A DNA stretch of 64,000 bases, taken from contig JAQFVV010000004.1 in NCBI GenBank assembly GCA_028023455.1, positions 12,462,001 to 12,526,000 of the forward strand. The letters run 5' to 3'. This DNA is from Epiperipatus broadwayi (lineage: Eukaryota; Animalia; Onychophora). The notes under the pieces are model-generated. The model ran no database searches, was not told where the DNA came from, and saw only the letters and a program-made list of their open reading frames with translations. Numbering within the stretch: position 1 is the first letter of the stretch; every line of letters starts with the position of its first letter. Made by a program: the position numbers and the translations under genes. This document shows positions 24,401 to 37,180 of this stretch, piece after piece.

Positions 24401-26130
24401 TAAATATTTTTGACATAACTCTACTACCATCCTTTTTTTTCTTTTCTATTTATACCCTGCCATATCAAGTCTTCCAGTATATGTTATTTTTCTCTTAGAT
24501 GTATTTCCATTACTTCTAGTACCTCAAGCATTTCATTTTTAACTGCTTTGTTTAATTCCAGCCACTTCTCTGGTATCTTACTACCATGCATATTCAAATA
24601 TCCAATTTTAACAATTTATTCTTTACTAACTACTCATTTATAAATTCTTTTGACTCTTTCTTCTCCATTACATTTGTAAGTAACTTGCTTATCATTAAAT
24701 TTACAGAACCATCCCCTCTCCACATCTACAGTTATATCCAAATCAGCTACCCTTTGTTTATTTCTTCCATCCCATTCATTCTTCTTCTTTTTGATAATAC
24801 TGACAATTCTTTTTTGATAATACTGCAATTTAAAACTTCTTTTCCATTTATAAGTTTCCTGAACTATAATACTCTTTATAAATCAACCTCCCTAACACTT
24901 CACTTTCTTGTTTTGCTAAATGCAATCCATCTTTACTATATAACTGCTTCTTACTAATAAAAAAAATTCCATACATCCATAAACATAACATCATTTCTCT
25001 CTCACAATTTTTTCAATCTCTCATTTACAGAACATGCCATATCTAACATATACTTGTCGAATCTTAGTAATAATCCAACTATTCCTACTCTTCATTTAAT
25101 TGTATTCAAATTACTAATCAATTCTATGTACTCATCAATTACTCTCTTTGATGGCTCTGACAAATTATTTATCCCTACCATACTATACCCATCTCTACTC
25201 CCTTGTTTCTTTACCATATCTGTAACACCCCTAATTCTAGCTCCAGGCAAACATTCTTATATACCTGTTTCTATTTTTCCTTGCAAATACATCTCCAATT
25301 CCTCTAACCAGCAAATCTTCTATCAATTATGTCTCATAGTTTACTTTCCCTATTTCATCTGTAACATTGTCTTCTACCTTCTGGACTTCCTTATCTACTT
25401 CTTCCTTATCATTTCTATTCAATAATTCCTTTATCTGCTCACACTTCATCTCTAATAATTTTAATTTTGCTTCTACATTCCTTTACCTCTTCCTCTATCT
25501 CACATATTCTTTGGTTAACCATATTAACCATCTCCATTGCACTATATATTTTGTCATCGATATCTCTTGTCACTCCACTAAAAGCATACTCTATTCTATG
25601 TTTCTTCAACACATTTTGCTCTATTTCTCCTGACTTTCTCTTTAAACTATCTATACTTAGAAATCATTTTTTCATCTCTTTCATCAAATTTAAAAATGTC
25701 AACATAACCATAAACCTGTTACATTCTTCCTAATCTTATTTAAGCATTTCAAATAATAAAACTTATTACATACAGTACACTCTATCACAGTATGCCTAAT
25801 TTCTTTCTGTCCATTATATATACATTGTGGAGTATGAATGCAATCCATATTTCTTATTTTTCAAATCCCCTACTCTATATTTAATTTTATGCTTTCTCTA
25901 CTACTCTTCAAATCCCCTTCATACAAAAGGAGAAAAACTTTTCTTTTTTTTCAATGGCAATCAAAAGCAAATGTCTTCTAATCTTATGCCTCAAAAATGT
26001 TATCTTCTTTCTCAAATAAATTACTCTCTTTCTTAAATTAACAAATTCTTTAATAGCAAACCTACTAACAAATCAACCAATTTTACATACAACTTAATTT
26101 TAAAGTCTCCTTGTAGTAACACACACAAAA
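21487..26130 (-). mobile_element. Near full-length decayed CR1/L2-group LINE: ORF1 (PHD + SGNH esterase), ORF2 (APE endonuclease, RT, C-terminal Cys motif)
   Basis: IECTVCNKFYYLKCLN (PHD-like); CLPGARIRGVTD...VGINNL...VNERLKKL...FMDVWNFF (esterase); YRPIEVMSMLHKVF, QEGF.LDR, KAYDRI, GLRQQC, LFVGDV, KFNEEKSK (RT); CKLCKDG...LLVKC. Many stops and frameshifts. Confidence 0.9.
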
Positions 26131-27811
26131 ATTATTTTTTTCATTTTATATTTAAAATGGCATAATGAAACACTTTCCAAATGTTATCAGTATTATTTCC
26201 AATCTTTACAAATCCAATTAAATCTCTCTCTCTCTTCATACCAATTTTTTTTTAGCTCCACATAGTAAGCAAAAAATTTAGAAACATTTTTTTTCAGATA
26301 ATATTTAAAAAAATATATAAACTTTAACTTATCTTGTGGTATAGGAGGATTCCTATAAGAGGCATCCAGTGGGAGAAACATGTACTGTATACAATGTACT
26401 TTCCCTCTAGAGAACAATTCTGATTATTTTTGGGATACCCCCTTGTACATGGATATGATTTAATAAACTCTTATTAAATTAACCATCTTATTAAAATAAA
26501 AAGTAGATCAGCTTTTCCAGGACAATTGTGCCATGGCTGACAATGTGATTCCTCAGCTGACTAGATAAAATATTGGTCATATTTCAATGTAATAAATTTA
26601 AATGTTTCTTTATGAACACCAAAGATAAAACATAAGATTTTAAAGCATAAAATAATCATGATGTGTTTTTTTTTTTTTTAAGATTAACCATTTAAACAAT
26701 TGAGTGATTTAGGAGAATAGTAAAGAACTACAAATTGTGATTTTAAAAATAATAATTAACTATATAAAAAACAAAAAGTGCATAATAATACAAATTAACA
26801 CCTTAAACATTAATTAATATTACATTAATAATCCACTACATAATAAACAAAAAATGCATAATAGTATGAGTTAATTACTTCTTAACAATGTTTAAATTAA
26901 TATAGCCAAAAAATTAGCAGTAAATAATTGGTTAGTTTACGTTAAATCTTAACAGGTAATTAAGTTTTATTACTATTAGTTTAGCAATATGCATATTCAA
27001 TTAATACTGGATTAAAAAGGAAGAATCACAAGGATTCTAAAATCAGATCGTTAGCAGGACTAAATATCACTCAGTTAAATAAAAGAATCCTAAACCTCAT
27101 CAGAATTTTAAAAATATACAAGTGTCACAATTGAGAAGTTATAAGTGTCTACAATATAAATAATCATATGAAAATAAAGAGTGAATTAATATCTCTAATT
27201 AGATCCAATAAGCTCCTATCTCAGTTACTTACTGAAAAATTAATATGTGCATATATAACAGCATACAAATTATCAAAATTGATATTTGTTATGTAGTAAA
27301 TTATATACAATATCTTCACTTTACGATACTGAAAACTGCAGACAGGCTCTTACCAAGATGTATTAATTATACTAATATATTTAATTTTATTTAATTATTA
27401 TAAGTTAACCTACCAGTGTCAAATTTCCTGCACTCACATATGATGTCAATTACTTTTAGCTAAATAAATACATTAATGATTATTACTCATTTATTAAGAT
27501 TATCCTCAACCAAGTGAAAATAAAACTTCGGAATAAAATGCATCTTGGAGGTCATTTGTCTTTTTCAGATAGTTTTGTTCAGGTTTAAGAAAGTGTGGTT
27601 GAATGGAAGTTTTAAAATATAACTAAAAAAATATTTATAAAACACTAAACTTATATATATATATATTACACCAGTTTTGAGAATATATATTATAATTTTT
27701 TACATTAATAGAAAGAAATGCATTAATTTCTGTTAATTCCATAGTATTGGCATAAATAAAAAAAATAAAAGTGCAATAATAGAATGGAAAAAATAATTAG
27801 TTATAAATTTT

Positions 27812-28040
27812 TAAGTATAGAGGATTTGAACTCAGATTTTCAAGCACCCTTCAACTATCCACACTATCTCATACAACTGATACACATGACCACACACATG
27901 TAGAAAAAATAAATAATCATCAATAATCATATGTGTGTGTGGTCATGTGTATCAGTTGTAGGAGATAGTGTGGATAGTTGAAGGGTGCTGGAAAATCTGA
28001 GTTCAAATCCCCTATACTTACAATTAAGCTCCAGGTTTAT
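27812..28040. repeat. Family A fold-back
   Basis: Arms of about 88 bp at 27812-27899 and 27933-28020 with few mismatches. The tail caattaagctccaggtttat is present only on the sense side. Confidence 0.9.
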
Positions 28041-29073
28041 GAAGAATGCCTAGTTTTCAAATATTTATAAACTTTCAATAAATATTATTATGTAATAAAA
28101 AATGAGCATTTAGAAAACAGTATTTTATAGATACAAATTTCTTTAAATAATTCCTTATTTTTTCTAGTGTTATAATGAAGTTGTTTTCAAAATTCTTTGA
28201 TTTTATTCTATTTCGCATTACTAAAACTTTTTTCCCCACTTTTGTTGACGAAGAGAAGTTGCTAAAATTACATTATCAAAATAAAAGGATAATAAAAATA
28301 TTTTTTAAAAAAAAAAATTCAATTCATATTTCATTTTAGAAAAACAACCAATAATGAAAATGATCTACATAAATAAGAATTGATTTTTGTTCCATTAGGG
28401 AAGGCAATAAATATAGAACTATATATACTTATTATTTTAATAATAAAAAAATCGTTAATAGAAGAGATTTTTTGTCATTAAAAAAATGAAAACAATTAAT
28501 TGGTTATAAAAAGACGAATTCTGAAAAGCTTGTATACCTAAAAATTGTTTGTAATATTAATCAATAAAATGTTTGAAATTTTTATCTAGTTAATAAATCA
28601 AACATATACAAAATTAAAAATACTAATCAAAATTTAAAATCTAAAAACAAATTTAAAAAATAACATTTTTATTAATGCCATTAACAAATTTAAAATTATT
28701 AATGAAATTAATGTATATACACTAGGCATATTTGCCCCCACAAGAGTTTATTATTTTATCCATTCTTTTAAAGCATACAATACATTAATCAAAAAAGTTT
28801 TGCAGCCATATTGGAAAATAGATGATTGTCAAAGAAAATTAACTCTTATTTTACAATCTGTACAGAGAGTATGATAGAATCATCTGGCTGCTCATTAGAA
28901 AAATATCAACTGATACATGATATGTCCCAAAAATTTATTTAATTTCAAATATACTGTATATTAAAACAACTATTTTTTGACTTTCAAAATAGGCACATAA
29001 TCATTAATAGCAGATAAAGTAGATTTTACTTTAAACAAATTTTAAATAATGCAATAAGATTAAACAACTAAAT

Positions 29074-29223
29074 ATCACATGATCACCAGTCTTTATGCTA
29101 ACACAAGCTGTTTACACAGAGGCTTAACTCTCCATACAGTAGCACTACTCTTCTTGCATACATTAATAACTCTAGATTGCACTGAAAGGTACTACTATAT
29201 GGAGGGTTAAGTCTCTGTGTAAA
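29074..29223 (-). mobile_element. Divergent family B-like fold-back
   Basis: Arms at 29111-29152 and 29186-29223 resemble aactctccatacagtag of family B. The tail atcacatgatcacc...gctg occurs on one side only (29074-29110). Confidence 0.7.
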
Positions 29224-30399
29224 GTCTTAATATAGTAATGCTAAAAACATATATATCAAGTAATTATGCAAACATATACATAATGTGGGTGTCAATCTAT
29301 GATTTTTTGATAAATAAAATAAAACCTTGAAAGTATTCTACATTTTATAGTTTTAGTATAATTAAAAATCATAATTTTGCTTTGAAAAGAACAAAAAGTG
29401 CTCTAACAATTAAAAAAAAAAAGTTTCCTTAAAAAATAACAGAATAAATCATGTTTTAAAAATCTATAATTATGAGTTGTCTTCAATTAGCAAAAAGCTA
29501 AAAAAAAGATATAATTTTTTTTTTAATTTTATAAATAATAAGTCAATAAAAAACTCTAATAGAAAAATAATTCTAATCATGTAATAAAATTATTTCAATA
29601 CGTGGAAGATTCCAGACGTTTCGTAATTTATAAAATTAGAATCAGATATGTGATCTTTTAAAATGATTGCTATTTAATGGCTTCCTGTCTCTCCAGTGGC
29701 TATATAAATTAACCGTTGTGAAAAAATATTAGTTGACTTTGACTACTAAATGAACTACTAATTTCAATATTCAAGTCCTGAGATGTGACTTCTATATTTA
29801 TGCATTAATTAACAAATATGTCTGAGTAATAGTCTTAGTCAAAAATCTCTCAACTAGATTACCCATTGCTCTACTATGTTCCAAAAAGTATAGTTTCTTC
29901 GAAATGATTCCAGAATGAATGTTAAATATCTCAATAAGAATACATGAAATAATTCAATGAAACTTTCGACAATTGAAGAATTCTGAGAAAAATAAATCCC
30001 CACACATTGAAAACATGATATAGCCATTCCAAACCAGATTTTATATTTTCCTCTAGCAAAACATATTTAAATCCATAATATAAATTGTGCAATCTTATTC
30101 ATCAAAAATTTAGAAAATTTAGCATGCATTTTGAGGCATTAAATGTTTTTAAAATTAACACAGCTTAAGACGGGCTCAACGAAACGCACAAACAATAAAA
30201 TATTTTTATTATTATTTTTCAAGAATTAAAAGCTAATTAATCACAATAGAAAAATCATATTCCCTTTTATAGACATATACTGCAAGGGTAAGACTATACA
30301 TGTTTAAAGAACATAAATTTATATTAATTGATTAAGGCACAATCTGACATTAAACACCAGACTAGCAAATATATATATATATATACAGAATGCGGAAGA

Positions 30400-33080
30400 A
30401 TAATTTTTAATAAGATGATGATGACCATTATACAGCCACTCTTTGCACTAACTGGCTAGATCACAGAGAATATAAGCTATTCTTGATAAAATGAACTTGG
30501 AAAAAATATGCAGATCAGGTAATATTACATGTAAAGATGATAACACACTATTTAAACCAATAACGTAGCCTTAGTCCAATAAAACAACTACTCCAATTTT
30601 TTTTTCTCTCTTTCTTTTGTTAAAATAAAACCATTTCTTCAATATCTTTTTTCCCTTCTTTACTTTTTGCTTTAGGTCACACCTACAGTAAAAAACAATA
30701 GGTATTTATAAAGTGTTTCAGATTTATTTTGCTTAATTTTAACACTATTAATCTTATAATTAAATATTATGATACAACTTATTATTAGTATACTTTTTCT
30801 ACGATCCAGCATATGGTCACAGAATAAATCAATGACCTTTAATATACTCCAAATACAATTTTACACATGGCCGACCACAAATATAACAGATTTATTTACA
30901 TAAGCGATAGCACAGTCACACATATATATCTATTACGAAATAATTTTTCATCAATAAACCTTTCTTACAACAATAACTCTATGAAATAGCTGTATTAAGT
31001 CTAAATCCTGATTTAACAATAATATATTAACTATTAGATGGGGTTTTTTAATCCATCCCCTATTTATTATTAATCCTTATTAATTAATTGAGGTAGTTCT
31101 TTAGATCTGACCATGAATTTATTTAACAAAACCATAATATGTTCTAACATATATAAAATTTAACACACAACAATCCAAAGAAGAGCTAATTTATATATAA
31201 ATAGACTCCATCTAATTTCAAAATGAACCTTTAACTTAAAATCAACGAATTATATTACATACAATTTTTTTTCTTTTTAACACTTGTAGCTTTAACTATT
31301 TTGCAAGCATACACATTTGTTTTAAACCAAATGTTATACCTTAAATTATTTAACTGCCAATTTCACATTAAAGAAAAAAATTTTTTTAAAAAATGTTAAT
31401 AAGTCATAACCTATATATAAAGTAAATATAATAAGAAAGAATTTCTTTTTTTATCAAATCTTTATTTTAACCCCAGTTGCATTAAAATGCAACTATTTTT
31501 TTTCTAAACCTTTGCTTACTGTTTTAAACAGCCCATAATATAAAATATAGCTTTTTAGTACTAAATATAAACTAAAATAAAATTTAAAAGGGTCAATACA
31601 TTAGAATAACAATCTAAACAGTTCTTCTAATTTACAAAACAAAGTTCTGCAACTGTAGTTCTATTTCTCTTGGGATGGCAAATATTAATTGATTCCATTT
31701 TAAGTTGCCATAATATCCTTTCACAATTCCCTCTCTTTAAAATTTGGAAGGACTGATTCCTCATTTTAATTAGAAATTCATTCAAAAAAATAGTAAGTTC
31801 ATATTCCAGTTGTCCAGGGTAGATTTTGGCAGTGAGCAGAATTTACTTTTTTCTAATCAGCCATCATAATGATAGTTTGATCCAGAATGGCCACTTTCAA
31901 GAAAAACTGACTTTATATAAGTTTTACATCTTGTTTTGAACAACTTAATTTTGTTTTTAACACCTTTGATCTAGTTTTTCACAGGATTGAATAATCTTGC
32001 TTTTAACACTTTTAATATTATCTTATTTTTGACATTATTAAAGCCAGATTTTATTTTAAGTACAAAACTTCAAATATGCTTTCATTATTTAATTGATTGA
32101 ATTTGCAAAACACTGTAATTATTAAATTGCTTGATTTTGTTATTTTTTTGTTTTTGAATTTCATATGTCCAAAATTAGCTTAACCTTTTTAAATTTAATT
32201 ATTTAAAATCTATTTTTTAGTTGAGTTAAACCATTAAACATCGCATGATCATCATTTCTTATGCTTGCTCATAACTGTTATTAAAATAGGCAAAACTATC
32301 CATACAGTTGTGCCACTCAGTGCAAGCCAGAAGGCTTGTGCATAAAATTCCTATCCAGTGCCTATTCATCCAATATCTTCAGACTAATTTCTGGCTGTGG
32401 CCTTCATCAGTGAGGAGCCTTGGATCTGAGAGCACTACACCTAGATCTTAGGATCTAATGCAACCCTCCAGCAGCCACTTTTTATCTCTACTTAACTACA
32501 AAACTATGAGAATAAAATTGAAAACACAATAATATTTTCAATCTAAGCTCAATAGCTTATATAGTCATATGGGCCTGAACTCAGTTCAGTATCCATAGAC
32601 TTTGGTATATATATATATATATGACTATATAAGCTATTGAGCTTAGATTGAAAATATTATTGTATTTTCAATTTTATTCTCATAGTTTTGTAGCTAAGTA
32701 GAGACAAAAGGCAGCTGTTGGACAGTTGCATTAGATCCTAAGATCCAGGTGCAGTGCTACAAGATCCAAGATTCCTCACTGACAAAGACTGTAATCCAGA
32801 AACTAGTCTGGGAATATTGGATGAGTAGGCATTAGATAAAGATTTTATGCACAAGCCTTCTGGCATCCATTGATTACTTTGGCTTGCATTGAGTGGCACT
32901 ACTGTATGGAGAGTTTTGCCTGTTTTAATCTTAGTTGAGTTGTTTTGCAATACTTACTTTGATAAGATAAAGTTTTAATATAATTTACCAGTTTCTCTTA
33001 AATTTAAAATTTTAAACAAAACCTACTATATTATTTAATATTATTTTATAATATGACATTTAATAATTTTAACATTATTA
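30400..33080 (-). repeat. Copy 1 of a ~2-kb duplicated, decayed coding-like unit, interrupted by a family B fold-back
   Basis: Colinear similarity (roughly 70-80% by eye) to 34770-36750. Only weak integrase/transposase-like peptides (LPKSTLDNW; YIL..MDC; TATEVFKK). Confidence 0.75.
32217..32941 (-). mobile_element. Large family B fold-back with an 11-bp TSD
   Basis: TSD ttagttgagtt at 32217-32227 and 32931-32941. Long arm with tail at 32228-32604, (TA)n joint, short arm at about 32620-32930. HHR copies at 32368-32425 (-) and 32764-32822 (+, core mutated). The empty site ttaattgagtc is at 36481. Confidence 0.92.
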
Positions 33081-33329
33081 TCATCATCATTATTACATTT
33101 AATACCTTTTTTGAATGGTAACTTATAATTTTGAACCAACTCATAACCATGTGGAAGACTGATAGTGAAATAAATAAAAGATTATTCATTTCAAATTCTC
33201 AAATTTTTAAATAAAAAAATCCCCACAAAAATGGCTGTACTTATCTTAACTTCTCTCCCTGTCAATCTGACATTTTGTAAGCTTTTTATTCAGCTTGCTG
33301 TTAATTTGTATGTTTGTCCATAAAGATTT

Positions 33330-34600
33330 GAGGTTGATCTTTATCTGAAGATTTATTCTTCTGTGATAACTCTGAGGAAGTCTTAACTATTGTGTGACAG
33401 AGTTATCTCTCCTCACTTGTTTCACTCTGTCTGAATAAAACACATCAATAAACATATTGGATACATAAATTAAAAGTTTCTTATGCAGAAATTTGATGTT
33501 TAATTCAAGATGTTGGAGTTCTTTATCTAATTCACTGATTAGCTTGGACGACAAGTCCTCATTTGATTCTTGTATTAACTCAAACTTTGTTCCCTCATTA
33601 TTTTTCATCCTCTTCTTTTGATCCATATGGTTTTTGATTTAATTCATATAGCTGATATTCTCATATTTTGGTGTTTAGTTTTACTTGTTCTTGCTTATTT
33701 TTTATGGTTTAATAGTTTTAGTTTGCTATCATCCTCTTGTTTTCATTCAACAGGTTCATCTTTTGCTATTTGAACTGTTCTTGTGGTATTTCAGTTACTG
33801 TTTCCCCACATATTTTTTTAACTCAACAGGTTTATCTTTTGCCACTTGGTTTTTTATTTGAACCCGTTGTTATTTCTCTGATTCTTCTAATAGCTTTTGT
33901 TAATCATCTTCCTCTTGCTTTAATTTATCAGATTTATCTTCTACCATTTGATTTTTTATTTTATCAGTTCTGGATTAATTACAACTTCAGCACATATTTG
34001 TGGTTCATCTGACTTTATTGAGCTTGTTCATCTCCCATCATTTAATCCACTGTTTCTTCTTTAAGCTGTACTTACTTATTTTCTGGATCTTCCTCTACTT
34101 GCTCTGGATCATCTAAGTTTTGATTTAATTCATATGGTTTATATATATCCTCTATCATTTGAGAAATCTGTTTATAATAATCTTCTAACTTCTGATTTAT
34201 CCATACAAACTGCAAATTCATCTGCTTTTGCATCTTAAAATCTTTGTTTTTTCCCATCTTCTATCCTCAATTCCATCTGTTTCAATAATGTTCTAATCAT
34301 TTAAATCATTTCTATTTGTGGTGATGTTGCAGTATTCTTCTCATTATTTTTTTTATCTCATCATTAATCTCTTTTTTTGCTCCACTTCTTTATATATGTC
34401 ATTATATCATAACTCTCTATATCATCTTCTTTCTTTATGCTGTCTTCTTCACAGCTTGTTTCTAATCTTTTTTCTGCAATTTCTTCCTAATCTTCATTAT
34501 TCAATTCATTTTCATTTTCAATTTCTTGACTGCAAATTTTCTTTAATACACAATATATTTATAAATTCACCAATGATGGAACTATATTGATACTTTGAAC
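33330..34600 (-). pseudogene. Decayed Glu/Lys/Gln-rich low-complexity ORF with internal repeats
   Basis: Purine-rich minus strand. The peptide VQI..(A)KD(E/K)PVELKQE(E)DD recurs about three times. ORF pieces at 33387-33626 and 34072-34257. No family recognised. Confidence 0.45.
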
Positions 34601-34769
34601 ATCTCAAAAACAAATAAATAATTGAATGCCATTTTTGGTCAACTTCAGCTTTGTTTAATTTTTTTTGTTTTTATAATTATAGAGAAAAAAGAAAAAAAAT
34701 TCTGGTCAATCATGCAATTCATCTAACTCAGACAAATTTACACGAAGCCTGCCATGATTGTTCACAAAT

Positions 34770-36750
34770 TTACAAATAATATTCATAATGAGATGGATAT
34801 AAAATTATATGGAAGTATAATTTTATGCAAGAAATAAATATGCAGACCAGACAATATTATATACAAAGATATTAGCACATTATTTAAACCGATAACAACA
34901 CAATAGTCCATTACAAAATATTAAAATTGTCAGATGTATATAATATTTCTTTTGAATAAAACCATTTCTTCAATCTGTTTTTTATTTTTATTTTTTTAGT
35001 TCACATGCATGGTAGAAAACAAGTTATTTATAAAGTACTCAGATTTATTTAGGTTTATATTAAAACATTAATTTTTCAGTTAAATCTCATAATACAACTT
35101 ATTAGTAGGAGTATTTGAGCAGAGTAAATCCCTAGCCTTTAACATACTCCATATACAACTCTATGTAAGACTGAAGCTCACAAATATAATATTTATTTAT
35201 ATCACAAGCTTAATAGCATAGATATATTTGAGATAATTTTATCCAATACATCTTTATTATGATGATAAATCTACGAAGTGGTCACTTTAGGTCTAAATCC
35301 CAATTTAACAATAACACGCCAATTACAAAAGGTAGTTCTTTGAATCTGATGCCTATTTACTATTAATTCCCCTTAACTGACAGTGGTATTCCTTTAAACT
35401 TGATACCATATTTCCATAACAAAAGCATAAATAAAACCCTCATACAGAAATAGGGTGAAATAAACCATTTCACAAAAATCTAATAAGTGCATGTATATAA
35501 TAAGTTCTAACATACATAAAATTTAACTAAACAGCTATCAAAAGAAAGACTAATTTATGTACAAATGAACTCAATTTAAATTTTAAAATAAACATTTACC
35601 TTAAAATACACTTATCTTACAGACATTTATTTTTTCTTCTTTTTAACAACTGCAGATTTAACTATTTTACAAGTATGTGCATTAATTTTAAATTGAATAT
35701 TAAACTTTTGATTACTTACTTGATAATTACACATTAAAGAAAACTTTTTTAAAATTTTAATAAATTATAAACTATATATGAAGTAAATACAATATAGACA
35801 AAATTTATATTTTCCCCCAATTTTTTAAAAACTTCAGTTGCTGTAAAATGCAACTAACTTTTTAAAAACAACTTTCACTTGTTTTAAACAATCCATAATA
35901 TAAAATACAGCTCAAAATGGTTAATATATTAAGATAACAGTATATTTTAACTTACAATGGAAATGTCTGGAGATGGAGTTTGATCTTTCCCATGCTGCCA
36001 AATATTAATAGATTCCATTTGTAAGTTCCCAAAAAGTCCTTTCATAATTTTCTGTCTATAAAATTTGGAAGTTTAAGCATTGGTTCTTCATTTTAATTAG
36101 AGATTCATTTGAAAAATGGCATAATCAGTTTCCAATTGTCCAAAGTAGATTTCAGCAATCAGCAATTATTATAATGAATGTTTGCCCAAGAGTGACAGTT
36201 TTCAAGAAAAAATGACTCCATATAAATTTTAGTTCTTGTTTTCAACACCATAATTTTGTTTTTAGCACCTTTCACCTAGTTTTTCAGACTTTGATAATCT
36301 TGTTTATAACACTTTTAAAGTATCTTATTTTTAACACTTATTTGATCAGATTTTATTTTAATTACAAGAATTTCAAAAATACTTTCATTATTTAATAGAT
36401 TGAACTTGCAGAACCCTGTAATTATTAAATTGCCTTTTTTGTTTTGTTTTTAAATTTCATATCCCCCAAAAATCTATTTCTTAATTGAGTCGTTTTGCAA
36501 TACAAACTTTGATAATAAAAAAAGTTTTAATATAATTTACAAGTTTTTTTTTTTTCATATGTCATAGCATCGGCCGGGACGCGAACCCACAACCGTCTGC
36601 AACCAACTACTTGCTTGCATGGCGGCTGCGATACCTCTCGGCTGACAACGCACTTACAAGTTTCTCTTAAATTTAAACAATTTAAACAAAACCTATTACA
36701 TTATTTAATATTATTTTGAAATATGACATTTAATAATTTTAATATTTGAA
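34770..36750 (-). repeat. Copy 2 of the ~2-kb duplicated unit, interrupted by a tRNA-like SINE
   Basis: Colinear with 30400-32227 plus 32931-33080. Confidence 0.75.
36537..36663 (-). mobile_element. tRNA-like SINE (87-nt body) with TATGACATATG-poly(A) tail and TSD
   Basis: Body 36565-36651; T-tract 36544-36555; TSD ttacaagttt at 36537-36546 and 36654-36663. The empty site tttaccagtttctc is at about 32986. Confidence 0.9.
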
Positions 36751-36777
36751 TATACATAATACTATTATATTTCATAC

Positions 36778-37180
36778 TGTAACGGTCCGGTCAATGATGT
36801 GACAAGAGAAGGTCACATCTGACTATGGTCAGACCTAGGGTATTCATGTAGGATGCTGGAGATGACACAATGAAGTACATGACTCGTGATTACACCTATC
36901 TTCAATAGATTAGCCTAAGACTTATCTATCAAATTTACATGCAATTTAAATCAGTTCATCTAACATCTCACCATTCTCTTTTGGATCTGTTGCCTCAGTA
37001 TTCGAACTCAGGAAGAATTTACATTCAACTCTCTTGACAGGGATGTACCTACACAGACTGTTAATCAATAACTAAATTAGCTCATCCTATTTATCAGTAA
37101 GGAATAACCTTGATTTAACCATTATCTCTCATGCTCATCAAACAATAATGTGTGGGTGCATATGTAAAATATTGGTTATA
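36778..37180. mobile_element. 403-bp GC-richer element with TGTAAC...GTTATA ends (solo LTR or MITE)
   Basis: Imperfect terminal inverted repeat atactgtaac / gttatagtat; internal hairpin tctgac-tatg-gtcaga. No direct-repeat TSD and no second copy in the window. Confidence 0.35.

Noticed and set aside
21485-25733. Numerous plus-strand F/L/I/S-rich ORFs in the ORF track
   Set aside because: They are antisense shadows of the purine-rich minus-strand LINE.
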